Shown: one piece after another, positions 17,231 through 29,792 of the stretch
How the letters are laid out: the number at the start of each line of letters is the position of its first letter
How positions within the stretch are numbered: position 1 is the stretch's first letter
Assembly: GCA_963744545.1 (NCBI GenBank)
Contig: CAVUUH010000044.1
Span: forward strand, 34,140 to 98,139
DNA length: 64,000 nt
Origin: an uncultured delta proteobacterium
GTDB lineage: Bacteria; Desulfobacterota; Binatia; Binatales; Binataceae
Direction: 5' to 3'
Program-made: the position numbers and the translations under genes
The notes under the pieces: model-generated
The model's input: the letters and a program-made list of their open reading frames with translations, nothing else
Told to the model about the DNA's origin: nothing
Databases searched by the model: none

Positions 17231-17797
17231 TCAGGGAGCATAGAAATAGTATTCGGCTGTGTAAGGCACTCGTGCTTGCTCCCCTTTGTCCGATGGTGCA
17301 CAGCCGCTCGCGGGAGCCTTACCGCCTTTTGTCTGCAAGCGCTGTATGCTGGAAATGTTCGCCAGCACGCCGTTGCCAGTGTGACCGGTCGCGGTCAACA
17401 GCAGCCACGGAATTGAACCCGGATTAGGAGCAGCACTGGATATCGGTTTCCCGGTTACCTGGCTGCCGTCTAACCATCGCCAGCTTGGTCCGGCGAAATG
17501 AGAGCCTATCTTTCGCCCGGCTTCGTCAAAGAGGTTTGCATCGGGTCCGCTGAGAATCCATTTTGATCCATCGCAAGTGTAAATCTGTTGCCCGGATGCG
17601 TGCGCGTGCGCTCGCAGATGTTCACCGGCGGGCGCCTTGAGAGTCTCCGGCACTGACGGCAGCGTTTGCAGCTGTGCACGATGCGACCTGATTGCAACCG
17701 CTGCGAACACGACGGCGACGAGCACCCGTCGAAGAGCGCGAGAGCTACTTGCGATCTTGCTTGCGACCTGAGTTTCTCTGTCGTCTCCACCATTCAT
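17231..17797 (-). CDS. DUF3455 domain secreted protein
   Basis: 188 aa; 'GQQIYTC....W....P.A.L.D..G..IG.HFAGPSW...DGS.V....' and the C-terminal 'Y.A.Y.FY' pattern typical of DUF3455. Confidence 0.7.
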   Translation of the reverse strand: MNGGDDRETQVASKIASSSRALRRVLVAVVFAAVAIRSHRAQLQTLPSVPETLKAPAGEHLRAHAHASGQQIYTCDGSKWILSGPDANLFDEAGRKIGSHFAGPSWRWLDGSQVTGKPISSAAPNPGSIPWLLLTATGHTGNGVLANISSIQRLQTKGGKAPASGCAPSDKGEQARVPYTAEYYFYAP

Positions 17798-18488
17798 GCA
17801 ACGAATAATCCATCTTCAAACTAATGTGGCAAGGACTGCTTTTCTGCGGATTGTTGGCAATTTTACCGCGCAGCGCGGTCACTGCAACTTTCTCGAGTTT
17901 TGTATTTCCGAGCGAAAGCAGTCGAGTGGTGAGGTCGAACGTGGTGGGCCTGTCGAGTTCGAGCTGTTCGAGCTTCAGGGCAATGACGTCGCTCTCGATT
18001 GGCCCCACCCAGATGGGAAGGATACGTGGTCCAGAGATTTCTTTGAGGAGGATGACTCTCGACGGACCGACTTTGCTGTCCTTAACTGCGGATTGGTATT
18101 TTACTTCGCCACTTTTGGCTGTGCGCGCGACAACGTCATGTACGATTACTTCAATCATGGCTAAACCTCGCTCAATAATCTGTTTCGGCTTCAGCAAAAG
18201 ATCCGACATCAGCGAATCGCGCAGTCGGCCTCGCGCGTGATGAAGCCGTGCTTTCAACGTCCCGATTGGCGAACCCGTAAGTATTGCGATTTCATTCAGC
18301 TTCAATCCCTGAAAGTAGTGCAGCCGTACTGCTTCTCGCTGTTCTTCAGGCAGTGCTTCAATCGCGTGAGAAATGAGGCTATGCAGTTCTCTGCTTTCGA
18401 AAACGCTCTCCGCTGAAGGTTCGACCGCGCGAAATTGACAAAGGTCTCTGCGGTCAGTTACCAATGTATGTGCCCCTTCGATCGACAT
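17745..18488 (-). CDS. sigma-70 region 4 (ECF-type HTH) fused to a BFN (bifunctional nuclease, DUF151) domain; no sigma region 2
   Basis: from the ATG at 18486-18488: 'ALPEEQREAVRLHYFQGLKLNEIAILTGSPIGTLKARLHHARGRL', then 'VILLKEISGPRILPIWVGPIESDVIALKLE...RPTTFDL'. Upstream ORF-track residues are antisense to kdsB. AT-richer than the surroundings. Confidence 0.6.
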   Translation of the reverse strand: MSIEGAHTLVTDRRDLCQFRAVEPSAESVFESRELHSLISHAIEALPEEQREAVRLHYFQGLKLNEIAILTGSPIGTLKARLHHARGRLRDSLMSDLLLKPKQIIERGLAMIEVIVHDVVARTAKSGEVKYQSAVKDSKVGPSRVILLKEISGPRILPIWVGPIESDVIALKLEQLELDRPTTFDLTTRLLSLGNTKLEKVAVTALRGKIANNPQKSSPCHISLKMDYSLHEWWRRQRNSGRKQDRK

Positions 18489-18525
18489 CCTCGTACAGCG
18501 GAGAAAGTTTCTGGCCGATGTTTCG

Positions 18526-21761
<3,236 letters not shown>

Positions 21762-21902
21762 TCTAAACTAAGGCGTGTTGGCACGAAATTAGATTCGCGC
21801 CGGCCAAAGGAATAAATGAGTGCAAGTTCGTGGCGGATCGCAAGTATGGTGCCGAATCGCCTTTAGGTTTACTCTGAAAAAGGCGCTTGTTACCGTGGAC
21901 GA

Positions 21903-22517
21903 TTGGAGAAATTGAACTTGAGTCCGAGGCGAATCGCTAAGTTTCTGGCCGGTTTTGGCGCGATCGCGCTGGTGGTCCTGCTGGTCGCTACCATCTGGAT
22001 CGTGCGGCATCGCTCTGCCACCCAAGTGTTGCAGACTGCGGCCGGGCTGGTGCCTGGAACTCTCCTTCGGGCGCACAATTTCCACTGGACGCAGATGAAG
22101 GCCGGCGAGCGCCAGTGGGTGCTGACCGCGGGCGAGGCCGACTATTCGGCGGACAAGACGATGCTGAAGCTGACCGATGCGGTCGTCACGATGGTCTCGT
22201 CGGACGGCAAGCCTGTCGTCGTCAACTCGCCCCACGCGGATTTGACGATGAACGGAAATCACGTGTCGAAGGCGTATTTGACCGGCGGCACCGTAATCCA
22301 TTTTGGCGACTACGTCCTCAGCACTGATTCCGCGACCTTCATGCCTGATGACGACAAGGTCGAAGCGCCTGGTCTTGTGACTGTTATCGGCGACGGACTC
22401 AAAGTGACAGGAGTGGGACTCAGCGGGCATCCCAAGACGCGAGTCTTCGACCTTCATACGCAGGTTCAGACTGAAGTGATGCCGAAGAAAGATAGTGAAA
22501 AACCCAAGCAAAGTTAG
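21903..22517 (+). CDS. lptC: LPS export system protein LptC
   Basis: 204 aa; N-terminal TM anchor followed by an OstA-like beta-jellyroll pattern; position between kdsA and lptA. Confidence 0.75.
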   Translation: MEKLNLSPRRIAKFLAGFGAIALVVLLVATIWIVRHRSATQVLQTAAGLVPGTLLRAHNFHWTQMKAGERQWVLTAGEADYSADKTMLKLTDAVVTMVSSDGKPVVVNSPHADLTMNGNHVSKAYLTGGTVIHFGDYVLSTDSATFMPDDDKVEAPGLVTVIGDGLKVTGVGLSGHPKTRVFDLHTQVQTEVMPKKDSEKPKQS

Positions 22518-23942
22518 CCGGGTATCGCGGATAGTTGCGACTGCGATAGTCGCAATCGCGCTCGCGTCACCGGCGTGGGCGCAGGATGGCGTCAACACGC
22601 CGATGGGATCGCCAGACGCGTCGGCTGCGGTGCATGGTTCGGGAACCGTCGGCGACTCGATTCGCAACACACCGGCAAGTTCGACGCCGCCAGCGGCGTC
22701 CGCTCCGCAAGCCGCCAACAGCGACGAGTCGAGCGAAGATTCGATCAGCGTGACCGGTGGAGTGCCGGGCGCTCCGCCGTCGGCGCCAGCGTCGGATACG
22801 ACGCAGGCGCAACCTGCCGTCGCGCCTGCGCCGGCCGAAGCGCCGCCCGCGGCGCCTGCGGTCGCAGGCGCGCCCGCTCCGGCGCCTTCGGCGCCGGACG
22901 TGCCGGTGACGGCAGCAGACGTCGCGCCTGCGGCGTCGTCGTCCACGGCAATCGCGCCGATAGAGCCGCTGCTTTCGGCACCGGCTTCCGCCGCGCCCGC
23001 GGTAGCGAGCGCGCCAGCTCCCGCGCCGCCGCCCGCGCCCGCCGTCGCAGTCGCGCCAGCGCCTGCTCCGGCGGCAGCGTCGCTCCAGCTCCGGCGGTAG
23101 CAGCCGCGCCGGCGCCACCGCCTCCGTCGGCGCCGGACGTGCCGGTGACCGCAGCGGACGTCGCGCCCGCCGCGGCTCCTTCAATCGCCACGACCACCAC
23201 GACCGCTCCTGCAGCGGCTGTTCCCGATTCAACGCCGGTGACGACGGCCGCGACCGTTCCGCCAGGTGCGATCGCTCTGCCGATGGTGATGGCGCCGGTA
23301 CCGGCTGACAGTGCCAATCCCGAACCTCCTTCTGCTCCCGCGGCGGCGACCTCTCCTGCAGTTGCGAGCGCTCCGAGCGAGGCTGCTGCTGCGCCGCACA
23401 AGGCGCATAAGGGGGCGTCCGGCACGGCGGGCGGCGGAGACAATACTACTGTCGCATCGAATCCCCCTGCACAGCAGGGCGGTGCCTTTGGCGGCATGCA
23501 ATTCGGGAACAGCAAGGCGCCGATTTACATAAAGTCCAAATCGATGTCGCTCGACTACCAGAATCATTCCGTGCTGTGGGTCGGAGATGTGCACGCTACC
23601 CAGGCGGACTCGCAACTCACGAGCGATCAGCTGCGGGTTAATTATTTCGACAAAGACTTCAAACAGATGAAGGACATGGTTGCGGACGGAAACGTTCGTC
23701 TCAGCCAGGGCACTCGATGGGCAACAGGCCAGCACGGCGTGATGGACCAGACCAAGCGTACCGTGATCTTAACCGGCAGCCCCGTCGCGCATGACGGCAA
23801 CGATCAGATCACCGGCTGCAAGATCACGGTATTTTTGAATACCAGCCAGAGCGTCGTCGATTGCGCTCATGCCGTGCTGTTCCCTCATTCGGACGCCTCG
23901 CCCGGTGCCACCCAGGAACCTGGGGCGACGGCGGTACAATAG
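22495..23942 (+). CDS. lptA: LptA (OstA-like) with signal peptide and about 300-aa Ala/Pro-rich extension; frame change near 23070-23090
   Basis: signal peptide 'IVAIALASPAWAQD' in frame of 22495; OstA domain 'PIYIKSKSMSLDYQNHSVLWVGDVHATQADSQLTSDQLRVNY...GNVRLSQG...ILTGSP' in frame of 22575; the two frames join inside the AP-rich tract. Confidence 0.7.
22888..23167 (+). repeat. 41-bp direct repeat (39/41 identical), 239 bp apart, inside the lptA AP-rich tract
   Basis: tcggcgccggacgtgccggtgacggcagcagacgtcgcgcc at 22888-22928 vs 23127-23167; both encode 'SAPDVPVTAADVAP'. Confidence 0.8.
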
Positions 23943-23953
23943 GCAATTCTGCG

Positions 23954-25519
23954 ATGGCGCTGGAAGTAAAACTCGGACAGGATTTGCGGCTTCGCCAGCA
24001 ACTGGTGATGACGCCGCAGTTGCAGCAGGCGATCAAGATTCTGCAGCTTTCGCTCCCTGAACTGGAAGCGATCGTGCAGTCGGAACTCGAGCAGAATCCG
24101 ATGCTCGAGCCGCTCGATCAGAGTCCCGCCGAAGCCGCTTCCGAATCCGAAGCGTCAGATCCCGAAGCCGCCGCACAGGCCGACGGTGAGCCGCTGCCGC
24201 CCGAGAGCGACGGCCTTAACGGCAACAATTCCGACGACGACTGGGAAACCGGCTCGCGCGAGGAAAAACCCGCGTCCACGATCGAGGTCGAAGCGCGCGA
24301 CGCCGCGCTCGAGATCAAAGAGCTCAACAATCTCGAAAAGCTCGACTGGCGCGAGTATCTCGAGACCTACTCGAACAACTGGCAGGAAAGCGCGCCGGCC
24401 GACAACGACGACGACCATCGCAGCGCGCTCGAAAACACGCCGCTGCGCCGCAGCTCGCTCGAAGACCACATGATGTGGCAGCTCCGGATGTCGAACATGG
24501 CCGAATCCGACCAGCCGATCGGCGCGACCATCATCTACAATCTCAACGAGGACGGATATCTCGAAACTCCGGTCGAGGAATTGGCGGCGCAGCTCGAAAT
24601 TGCGCCGGCTGAAGTCGAGCGCGTGCTCGCGCGCGTGCAACGTTTCGATCCGCCCGGCGTCGCGGCACGCGATCTTCGCGAATGCCTGCTCGCGCAACTG
24701 CAGAACCTCGGGATGGAAGAATCGCTGGCGGCGCGAATAATCCGCGATCATCTGGACCTGCTCGAGAAGCATCGCTACGCGGAAATCGCCAAGGTTCTGA
24801 GCGTGCCGGTCGAGACTGTCGGGCAGGCGGCCAAGGTAATCTCGCTGCTCGAGCCCAAGCCGGGGCGCGACTACGGCGGCGACGAGCCGACTTACGTGGT
24901 GCCCGACGTTTATATCCACAAGGTCGGCGAGGATTACGTCGTCACGCTAAATCGCGACGCAGTGCCGCGGCTGCGCCTGGCGGGCTACTATCAGCGCGTG
25001 CTCAACGACGTCGACGTCGCGCCGGAGACGCGCGAGTATCTGCAGGAGCGGCTGCGCTCGGCGCGATGGCTGGTGAAATCGATTTACCAGCGCCAGCAAA
25101 CGATCTTCAAAGTCGCAACCTCGATCGTGAAATTCCAGCGCGCTTTCTTCGATCACGGAATCAGCCTGCTGAAACCGCTGGTGCTCAAGGATGTCGCCGA
25201 AGATATCGGGATGCACGAATCGACTATCAGCCGCGCGACCGCCAACAAGTACGCGCATACGCCGCAGGGAATTTTCGAGCTCAAGTTTTTCTTCACTTCG
25301 GGGGTCAAGGGCGCCGGCGGCGAAGACGTTAGCGCCGAGACGGTGAAGGAACAGATCCGCGGGATGGTGACGTCGGAGACGCCGCAAAGCCCGCTCTCGG
25401 ATCAGGCGATCGCGGAGATGCTGCGCGCCAAGCAGATCAATATCGCTCGCCGCACGGTCGCGAAGTATCGGCAGGCGATGGGAATACCGCCGTCGGCAAA
25501 TCGCAAGCAGATCGGATGA
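23954..25519 (+). CDS. rpoN: RNA polymerase sigma-54 factor
   Basis: 'MALEVKLGQDLRLRQQLVMTPQLQQAIKILQLS', acidic region II, RpoN box 'ARRTVAKYR'; ATG at 23954. Confidence 0.95.
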   Translation: MALEVKLGQDLRLRQQLVMTPQLQQAIKILQLSLPELEAIVQSELEQNPMLEPLDQSPAEAASESEASDPEAAAQADGEPLPPESDGLNGNNSDDDWETGSREEKPASTIEVEARDAALEIKELNNLEKLDWREYLETYSNNWQESAPADNDDDHRSALENTPLRRSSLEDHMMWQLRMSNMAESDQPIGATIIYNLNEDGYLETPVEELAAQLEIAPAEVERVLARVQRFDPPGVAARDLRECLLAQLQNLGMEESLAARIIRDHLDLLEKHRYAEIAKVLSVPVETVGQAAKVISLLEPKPGRDYGGDEPTYVVPDVYIHKVGEDYVVTLNRDAVPRLRLAGYYQRVLNDVDVAPETREYLQERLRSARWLVKSIYQRQQTIFKVATSIVKFQRAFFDHGISLLKPLVLKDVAEDIGMHESTISRATANKYAHTPQGIFELKFFFTSGVKGAGGEDVSAETVKEQIRGMVTSETPQSPLSDQAIAEMLRAKQINIARRTVAKYRQAMGIPPSANRKQIG

Positions 25520-25549
25520 GACTCCTGGCGTAGGCGGCGGATGAGGTAA

Positions 25550-25975
25550 ATGAATAAAAATCACGGGAAGGGCAAGCGCGGCCGAGCATCAATCCGAAAA
25601 GTGCGTCGCGCGGAGCGGATCGCGAACGCACCGATAACTGAAGTCACGGTGACGTTTCGGCACGTCGAGCCAACCGATGCGATCAAGGATTATGCGGAAA
25701 AAAAATTCGCGCACTTTGGCAGGTCGATCAAGCGAGCCTGCGTGGCTCACCTGATTCTCACGGTTGACAAATATCGGCAGCACGGCGAAGTTACAGTCAA
25801 ATCGGGGCGCTTGTCGGTGGTCGCGCAGGAAGAAACCAAGGATCTTTACTCGGTGATCGATCTGCTGACCGACAATGTCGGACGGCAACTGAAGAAGCAT
25901 CTGGAAAAATTCAAGGCGAAGAAGGTCAGGTCGCTCTCGACCGGCGAGGTCTTGAGCTCGAGCGAGGAAACTTGA
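25550..25975 (+). CDS. hpf: ribosome hibernation promoting factor / sigma-54 modulation protein; N-terminus possibly over-extended
   Basis: 'VTVTFRHVEPTDAIKDYAEKKF...' HPF/RaiA pattern; canonical position after rpoN. Confidence 0.85.
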   Translation: MNKNHGKGKRGRASIRKVRRAERIANAPITEVTVTFRHVEPTDAIKDYAEKKFAHFGRSIKRACVAHLILTVDKYRQHGEVTVKSGRLSVVAQEETKDLYSVIDLLTDNVGRQLKKHLEKFKAKKVRSLSTGEVLSSSEET

Positions 25976-26036
25976 TTCGCGGGGGTTCGCAGTTTGCGCT
26001 CGCCATTTCGATTACGATTTTAATCTGGACGTATAG

Positions 26037-26498
26037 ATGAAAATTACCGATATCCTCAGCTCCGACATGGTGATCGCCGACTTGAAGGGCACCACCAAGC
26101 CCGACGTTCTGAATGAACTCGCAAAGGCGCTGGCCGCCAAGTACGCGGAGATCAAGCTCGGGGATTTGAACGCGGTGCTGGCGGAGCGCGAGCGGCTGGG
26201 CTCGACCGCGATCGGCGACGGAATCGCGATACCGCATGGCAAGCTGCGCGGAGTGACGAAAATAATCGGAGCGTTCGGCCGTCATGCGCAAGGAGTCGAT
26301 TTCGATTCGCTCGACGGCGGTCCCTCGCAACTATTCTTCGTGCTGGTTGCGCCGGAGGATTCCGCCAGCCTGCATCTCAAAGCCCTCGCGCGCGTCTCGC
26401 GTTTGCTCAAAGAGAGTTCTTTTCGAAGCCGCCTGCTGGCCGCGAAGGACAGCGACGAGCTGTACACTCTGATTAAGGAAGAAGACAACAAGTATTGA
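26037..26498 (+). CDS. ptsN: PTS IIA-like nitrogen regulatory protein
   Basis: 'ERERLGSTAIGDGIAIPHGK' EIIA-Ntr active-site His region. Confidence 0.9.
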   Translation: MKITDILSSDMVIADLKGTTKPDVLNELAKALAAKYAEIKLGDLNAVLAERERLGSTAIGDGIAIPHGKLRGVTKIIGAFGRHAQGVDFDSLDGGPSQLFFVLVAPEDSASLHLKALARVSRLLKESSFRSRLLAAKDSDELYTLIKEEDNKY

Positions 26499-26540
26499 GG
26501 TGACGAACTCGCGCCGCCTCTCGCCGCGGCACCCATCCTG

Positions 26541-27416
26541 ATGAGCGCGCCTCAGCCACCTCGCCTGATAATAGTCACCGGTGTCTCAGGTTCAGGACGC
26601 GCCTCCGCGATGCGGGTGCTCGAGGACCTGGGCTTCTACTGCGTCGATAATCTGCCCGTAGCGCTGGCGCCCAATGTCGCGAGGCTCGCCGCCGGACGCG
26701 ATCCCGCGCTGAAGGGCGTCGCACTCGGCGTCGACTCGCGCGAGCGGCTGTTCTTCCCGCAATGGCCGCGAGTATTCGCGGAACTCGACGCCGACGGAAT
26801 TCATCCAGAAGTAATTTTTCTCGACGCGTCCGACGACGTGCTCGCGCGCCGCTACTCTGAGAGCCGCCGGCCGCATCCGATGGCCGCGAGCGGAGCGACT
26901 GTCGCCGAGAGCATTCGGATGGAACGGCTCGCTCTTGCCGAGATGCGCGAGCGCGCCAATCGCGTGATCGACACGACCACGCTCACCGTCCACGAACTGC
27001 GCGAAGTGGTCACCGCAGCCGTGCTGGGCGCGAACGCGGGATCGCGGATGTCGGTCTCGATCGTCTCTTTCGGCTATAAGTACGGCCTGCCGGTCGGGAT
27101 GGACCTCGTGCTCGACGTGCGGTTCATTCCGAATCCGTTTTTTATTCCCGAGTTGCGCCCGCTCACCGGCACCGACCCGCGCGTCCACGAGTACGTGATG
27201 GCGCAGCCAGAGTCACAGCGCTTTATCGACGAGGTCGGGCGCCTGCTCGATTTTCTGATTCCGCTCTATCAGCGCGAGGGAAAGAGCTACCTCACCGTAG
27301 GCCTCGGATGCACCGGCGGACGCCATCGCTCGCCCGTCCTCGCGCGTGAGCTAATGAAGCGCCTCGACAGCGCCGGCTTCGCCAGCACCGTCCGCGACAA
27401 CGACATCGCCCGCTAA
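26541..27416 (+). CDS. rapZ: RNase adapter protein RapZ
   Basis: 'LIIVTGVSGSGRASAMRVLEDLGFYCVDNLP' and 'GCTGGRHRS' motifs. Confidence 0.9.
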   Translation: MSAPQPPRLIIVTGVSGSGRASAMRVLEDLGFYCVDNLPVALAPNVARLAAGRDPALKGVALGVDSRERLFFPQWPRVFAELDADGIHPEVIFLDASDDVLARRYSESRRPHPMAASGATVAESIRMERLALAEMRERANRVIDTTTLTVHELREVVTAAVLGANAGSRMSVSIVSFGYKYGLPVGMDLVLDVRFIPNPFFIPELRPLTGTDPRVHEYVMAQPESQRFIDEVGRLLDFLIPLYQREGKSYLTVGLGCTGGRHRSPVLARELMKRLDSAGFASTVRDNDIAR

Positions 27417-28196
27417 TTCATGATGCTGCCGCAGTCGACGTTCAGCGTCTGACCCGTCATCCCCGCCGATGTGTCGAGCGCGAGGAACATCGCGACGCGC
27501 GCGACTTCTTCCTCCGTCGCCATTCGAGCCAAGGCCGCCTGCGACAGAAAACCGGCTTTGATTTGCTCGTACGGCTGCTTGAGCGCTTCGGCCCGCGCGC
27601 GCATCACGCGTTCGATCCGTTCGCCCTCGATCGCGCCGGGACAAATGCAATTGCATCGGATGCCGCGCTGACCCCATTCACCGGCTACAGTTTGCGTGAG
27701 CCCAATCATCGCCCACTTCGCCGCCGCGTACGGCGAGCGCATCGGATAGCCGCGCCGGCCCGCGCCCGGACGAAATGTTGATGACGTTGCCGGCGCGCTG
27801 CTTGTCCATCGTCGGCAGCACGGCGCGAGTCGCGAGCCATGTGCCGGTGAGGTCAATGTCGATCGTCTCCTGCCATTCGGCGAGCGACATGTCGGTGATT
27901 CGCTTGGTCGGTCCCGAGATGCCGGCGTTGTTGACGAGAATGTCGATGCGCCCGAACGCTTTCATCGTCTCAGCCGCCATCTTGGCGCAGTCGGCTTCCT
28001 TGGAGACGTCGGTGCTCACTTGAATCGCGCGCGCGCCGAGGCGCTCGAGCTCGGCGCAAGTCTGCTTCATCGGTTCGACTGAACGCGCCGCGATTACAAT
28101 TTTTGCGCCGGCTGCGCCGTACTTCAGCGCGATCTGTTTGCCGATTCCGTAGCCGCCGCCGGTGATGATCGCAACTTTATCCGCGAGTTCGTTCAT
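27413..28196 (-). CDS. SDR family oxidoreductase, frame change near 27765-27780
   Basis: 'VAIITGGGYGIG', 'NNAG', then in the other frame 'SPYAAAKWAMIGLT...PG' (YxxxK). Confidence 0.75.
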
Positions 28197-28323
28197 GGCG
28201 ATATCTTCCTTTGCGATTTTGTGCGTGGATCATTGCGCCGACTTTAATAGCATCGCGATTCAGCCACAACGCGCGCGCAAAGCCTTGTCTCGCTGCACTG
28301 CCGCCCAATATCATTGAAGGATC

Positions 28324-29028
28324 GTGGCCGCGATCAATCCCATCAGCACTGAATCTAACCAGCCGAACGCCAACGGCTCGTGGCTGATGAACGCCCTCAA
28401 GCTCGCGATAATCGCGATCATCGTCGGCGGTTCAGTCTGGCTTCTCATCGAGCACTGGAATTGGTTCAGCGATCCCTCGACGGTCAAGGCCGAAGTGATC
28501 AAGTGGGGCGCGTGGGGCCCTGTCGTCTACATGCTGCTGTACGCGGTGGGACCGTCGTTCCTGGTGCCCGGCGCGGTGATGACGATCGCGGGCGGACTTG
28601 CGTTCGGCACCAAGTGGGGATCGGTGTATTCGCTCATCGGCGGCGACGTCGGCGCGGTGGTGGCGTTCGCGGCGGGAAGATTTCTCGGCAAGTCGTTCGT
28701 CGAGCGAATCGTCGGTGAGCGATTCCACGCGATGCTGCAGAGAATCGCGAAGCACGGTTTCCAGATAATCCTCTACCTGCGATTTGTCCCGGTGATTCCC
28801 TACAACGCACTGAATCTCCTGGCGGGCGCGTCTCCGATCACGTTCTACGATTACTTCTGGGCGACGATGATCGGCATGATCCCGGGAACGATCCTGTACG
28901 CCTTCCTGGGCGACGCCCTGTGGCATCCGCTGTCGCCGAAGTTCTTCCTGGCGCTGTTGCTGATAGGCGCGTCGATCGGATGTGGCGAGATCTACCGCCG
29001 CTGGACCAAAGTAAAAATCGACGACTAG
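28324..29028 (+). CDS. TVP38/TMEM64 (DedA-related) family membrane protein
   Basis: 'FLVPGAVMTIAGGLAFG...GAVVAFAAGRFLG...RFVPVIPYNALNLLAG'. Confidence 0.8.
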   Translation: MAAINPISTESNQPNANGSWLMNALKLAIIAIIVGGSVWLLIEHWNWFSDPSTVKAEVIKWGAWGPVVYMLLYAVGPSFLVPGAVMTIAGGLAFGTKWGSVYSLIGGDVGAVVAFAAGRFLGKSFVERIVGERFHAMLQRIAKHGFQIILYLRFVPVIPYNALNLLAGASPITFYDYFWATMIGMIPGTILYAFLGDALWHPLSPKFFLALLLIGASIGCGEIYRRWTKVKIDD

Positions 29029-29031
29029 CGA

Positions 29032-29319
29032 TCACGCGGCTTTCAGCCTTTTAACACGACGAAGAGCCGGGTTCTTTCGCGCGCGGTAAAGGTCGTACTG
29101 CTGTTGCAGGTTGAGCCAACTCTCCGGCGACGTGTCGAACGCAATTGCGAGCCGCATCGCCATCGAAGGGCTGACTCCCGACTTGCCGTTCAGCAGTTCC
29201 GATAACGCTTTGCGTGTCACGCCGAGACCCTTGGCTGCGACGGTAACCGAAATGCCAAGCGGCTGGAGGCACAGTTCGCGGATCACTTCGCCGGGATGCG
29301 GCGGATTGTGCATAGCCAT
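29032..29319 (-). CDS. higA: HigA-family antitoxin (XRE HTH)
   Basis: '[58 protein letters not shown]'; AGGAG SD; ATG at 29317-29319. Confidence 0.85.
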   Translation of the reverse strand: MAMHNPPHPGEVIRELCLQPLGISVTVAAKGLGVTRKALSELLNGKSGVSPSMAMRLAIAFDTSPESWLNLQQQYDLYRARKNPALRRVKRLKAA

Positions 29320-29338
29320 TGAAGGACTCCTCTCTCTT

Positions 29339-29627
29339 CTAATGATAGTCGACGTAGTCCACGTCGAGAGCTTCGCCGTCCTCGAATCGAAAAATGACTC
29401 GCCAATTTCCGCTAGCCGACACGGACCAGAATCCCGAAAGCCTGCCGGCCAGCCGATGAAGACCAAGACCCGGCAGCGCGACATCCTGAATTCCTACTGC
29501 GGCGTTCAGGACGCCCAAAATCAGGCGGAGTCTCTTTTGGTGCTCCGGCTTGATGCCGGCGCTACTTCCGGTTTCGTAGAATTTCCGCAGGCCCTTATGG
29601 GCGAAGCTGCGAATCACTGGGTTAGTG
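29339..29627 (-). CDS. higB: HigB-type toxin (plasmid maintenance system killer, RelE/ParE fold)
   Basis: GTG start gives '[18 protein letters not shown]...[27 protein letters not shown]...VDYVDYH'. Confidence 0.85.
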
Positions 29628-29792
29628 TACCCAATAACGTAATAGGTTACAATCGGAAACTCGGGGCCTGCGAGATCTGCCATCCAAGTCGCGGTTCAGG
29701 ATCGATAAATGGTGCGACCGAATGTCTTCGATGCTTTCAAGGCTCTCATCAGCTGTCTAAACTATAACGAGACCCGATTCGGCGCTCCACCA

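Noticed and set aside
22700-23400. Repetitive tract considered as a CRISPR or tandem-repeat array
   Set aside because: There are only two 41-bp copies in a coding low-complexity region. It has no repeat-spacer periodicity and no cas genes.
21789-23735. Multiple long ORFs on both strands (385, 221, 256 and 168 aa) across lptC and lptA
   Set aside because: They are low-complexity Arg/Ala/Gly-rich translations of the GC-rich Ala/Pro tract. The lptC and lptA frames carry the recognisable domains.
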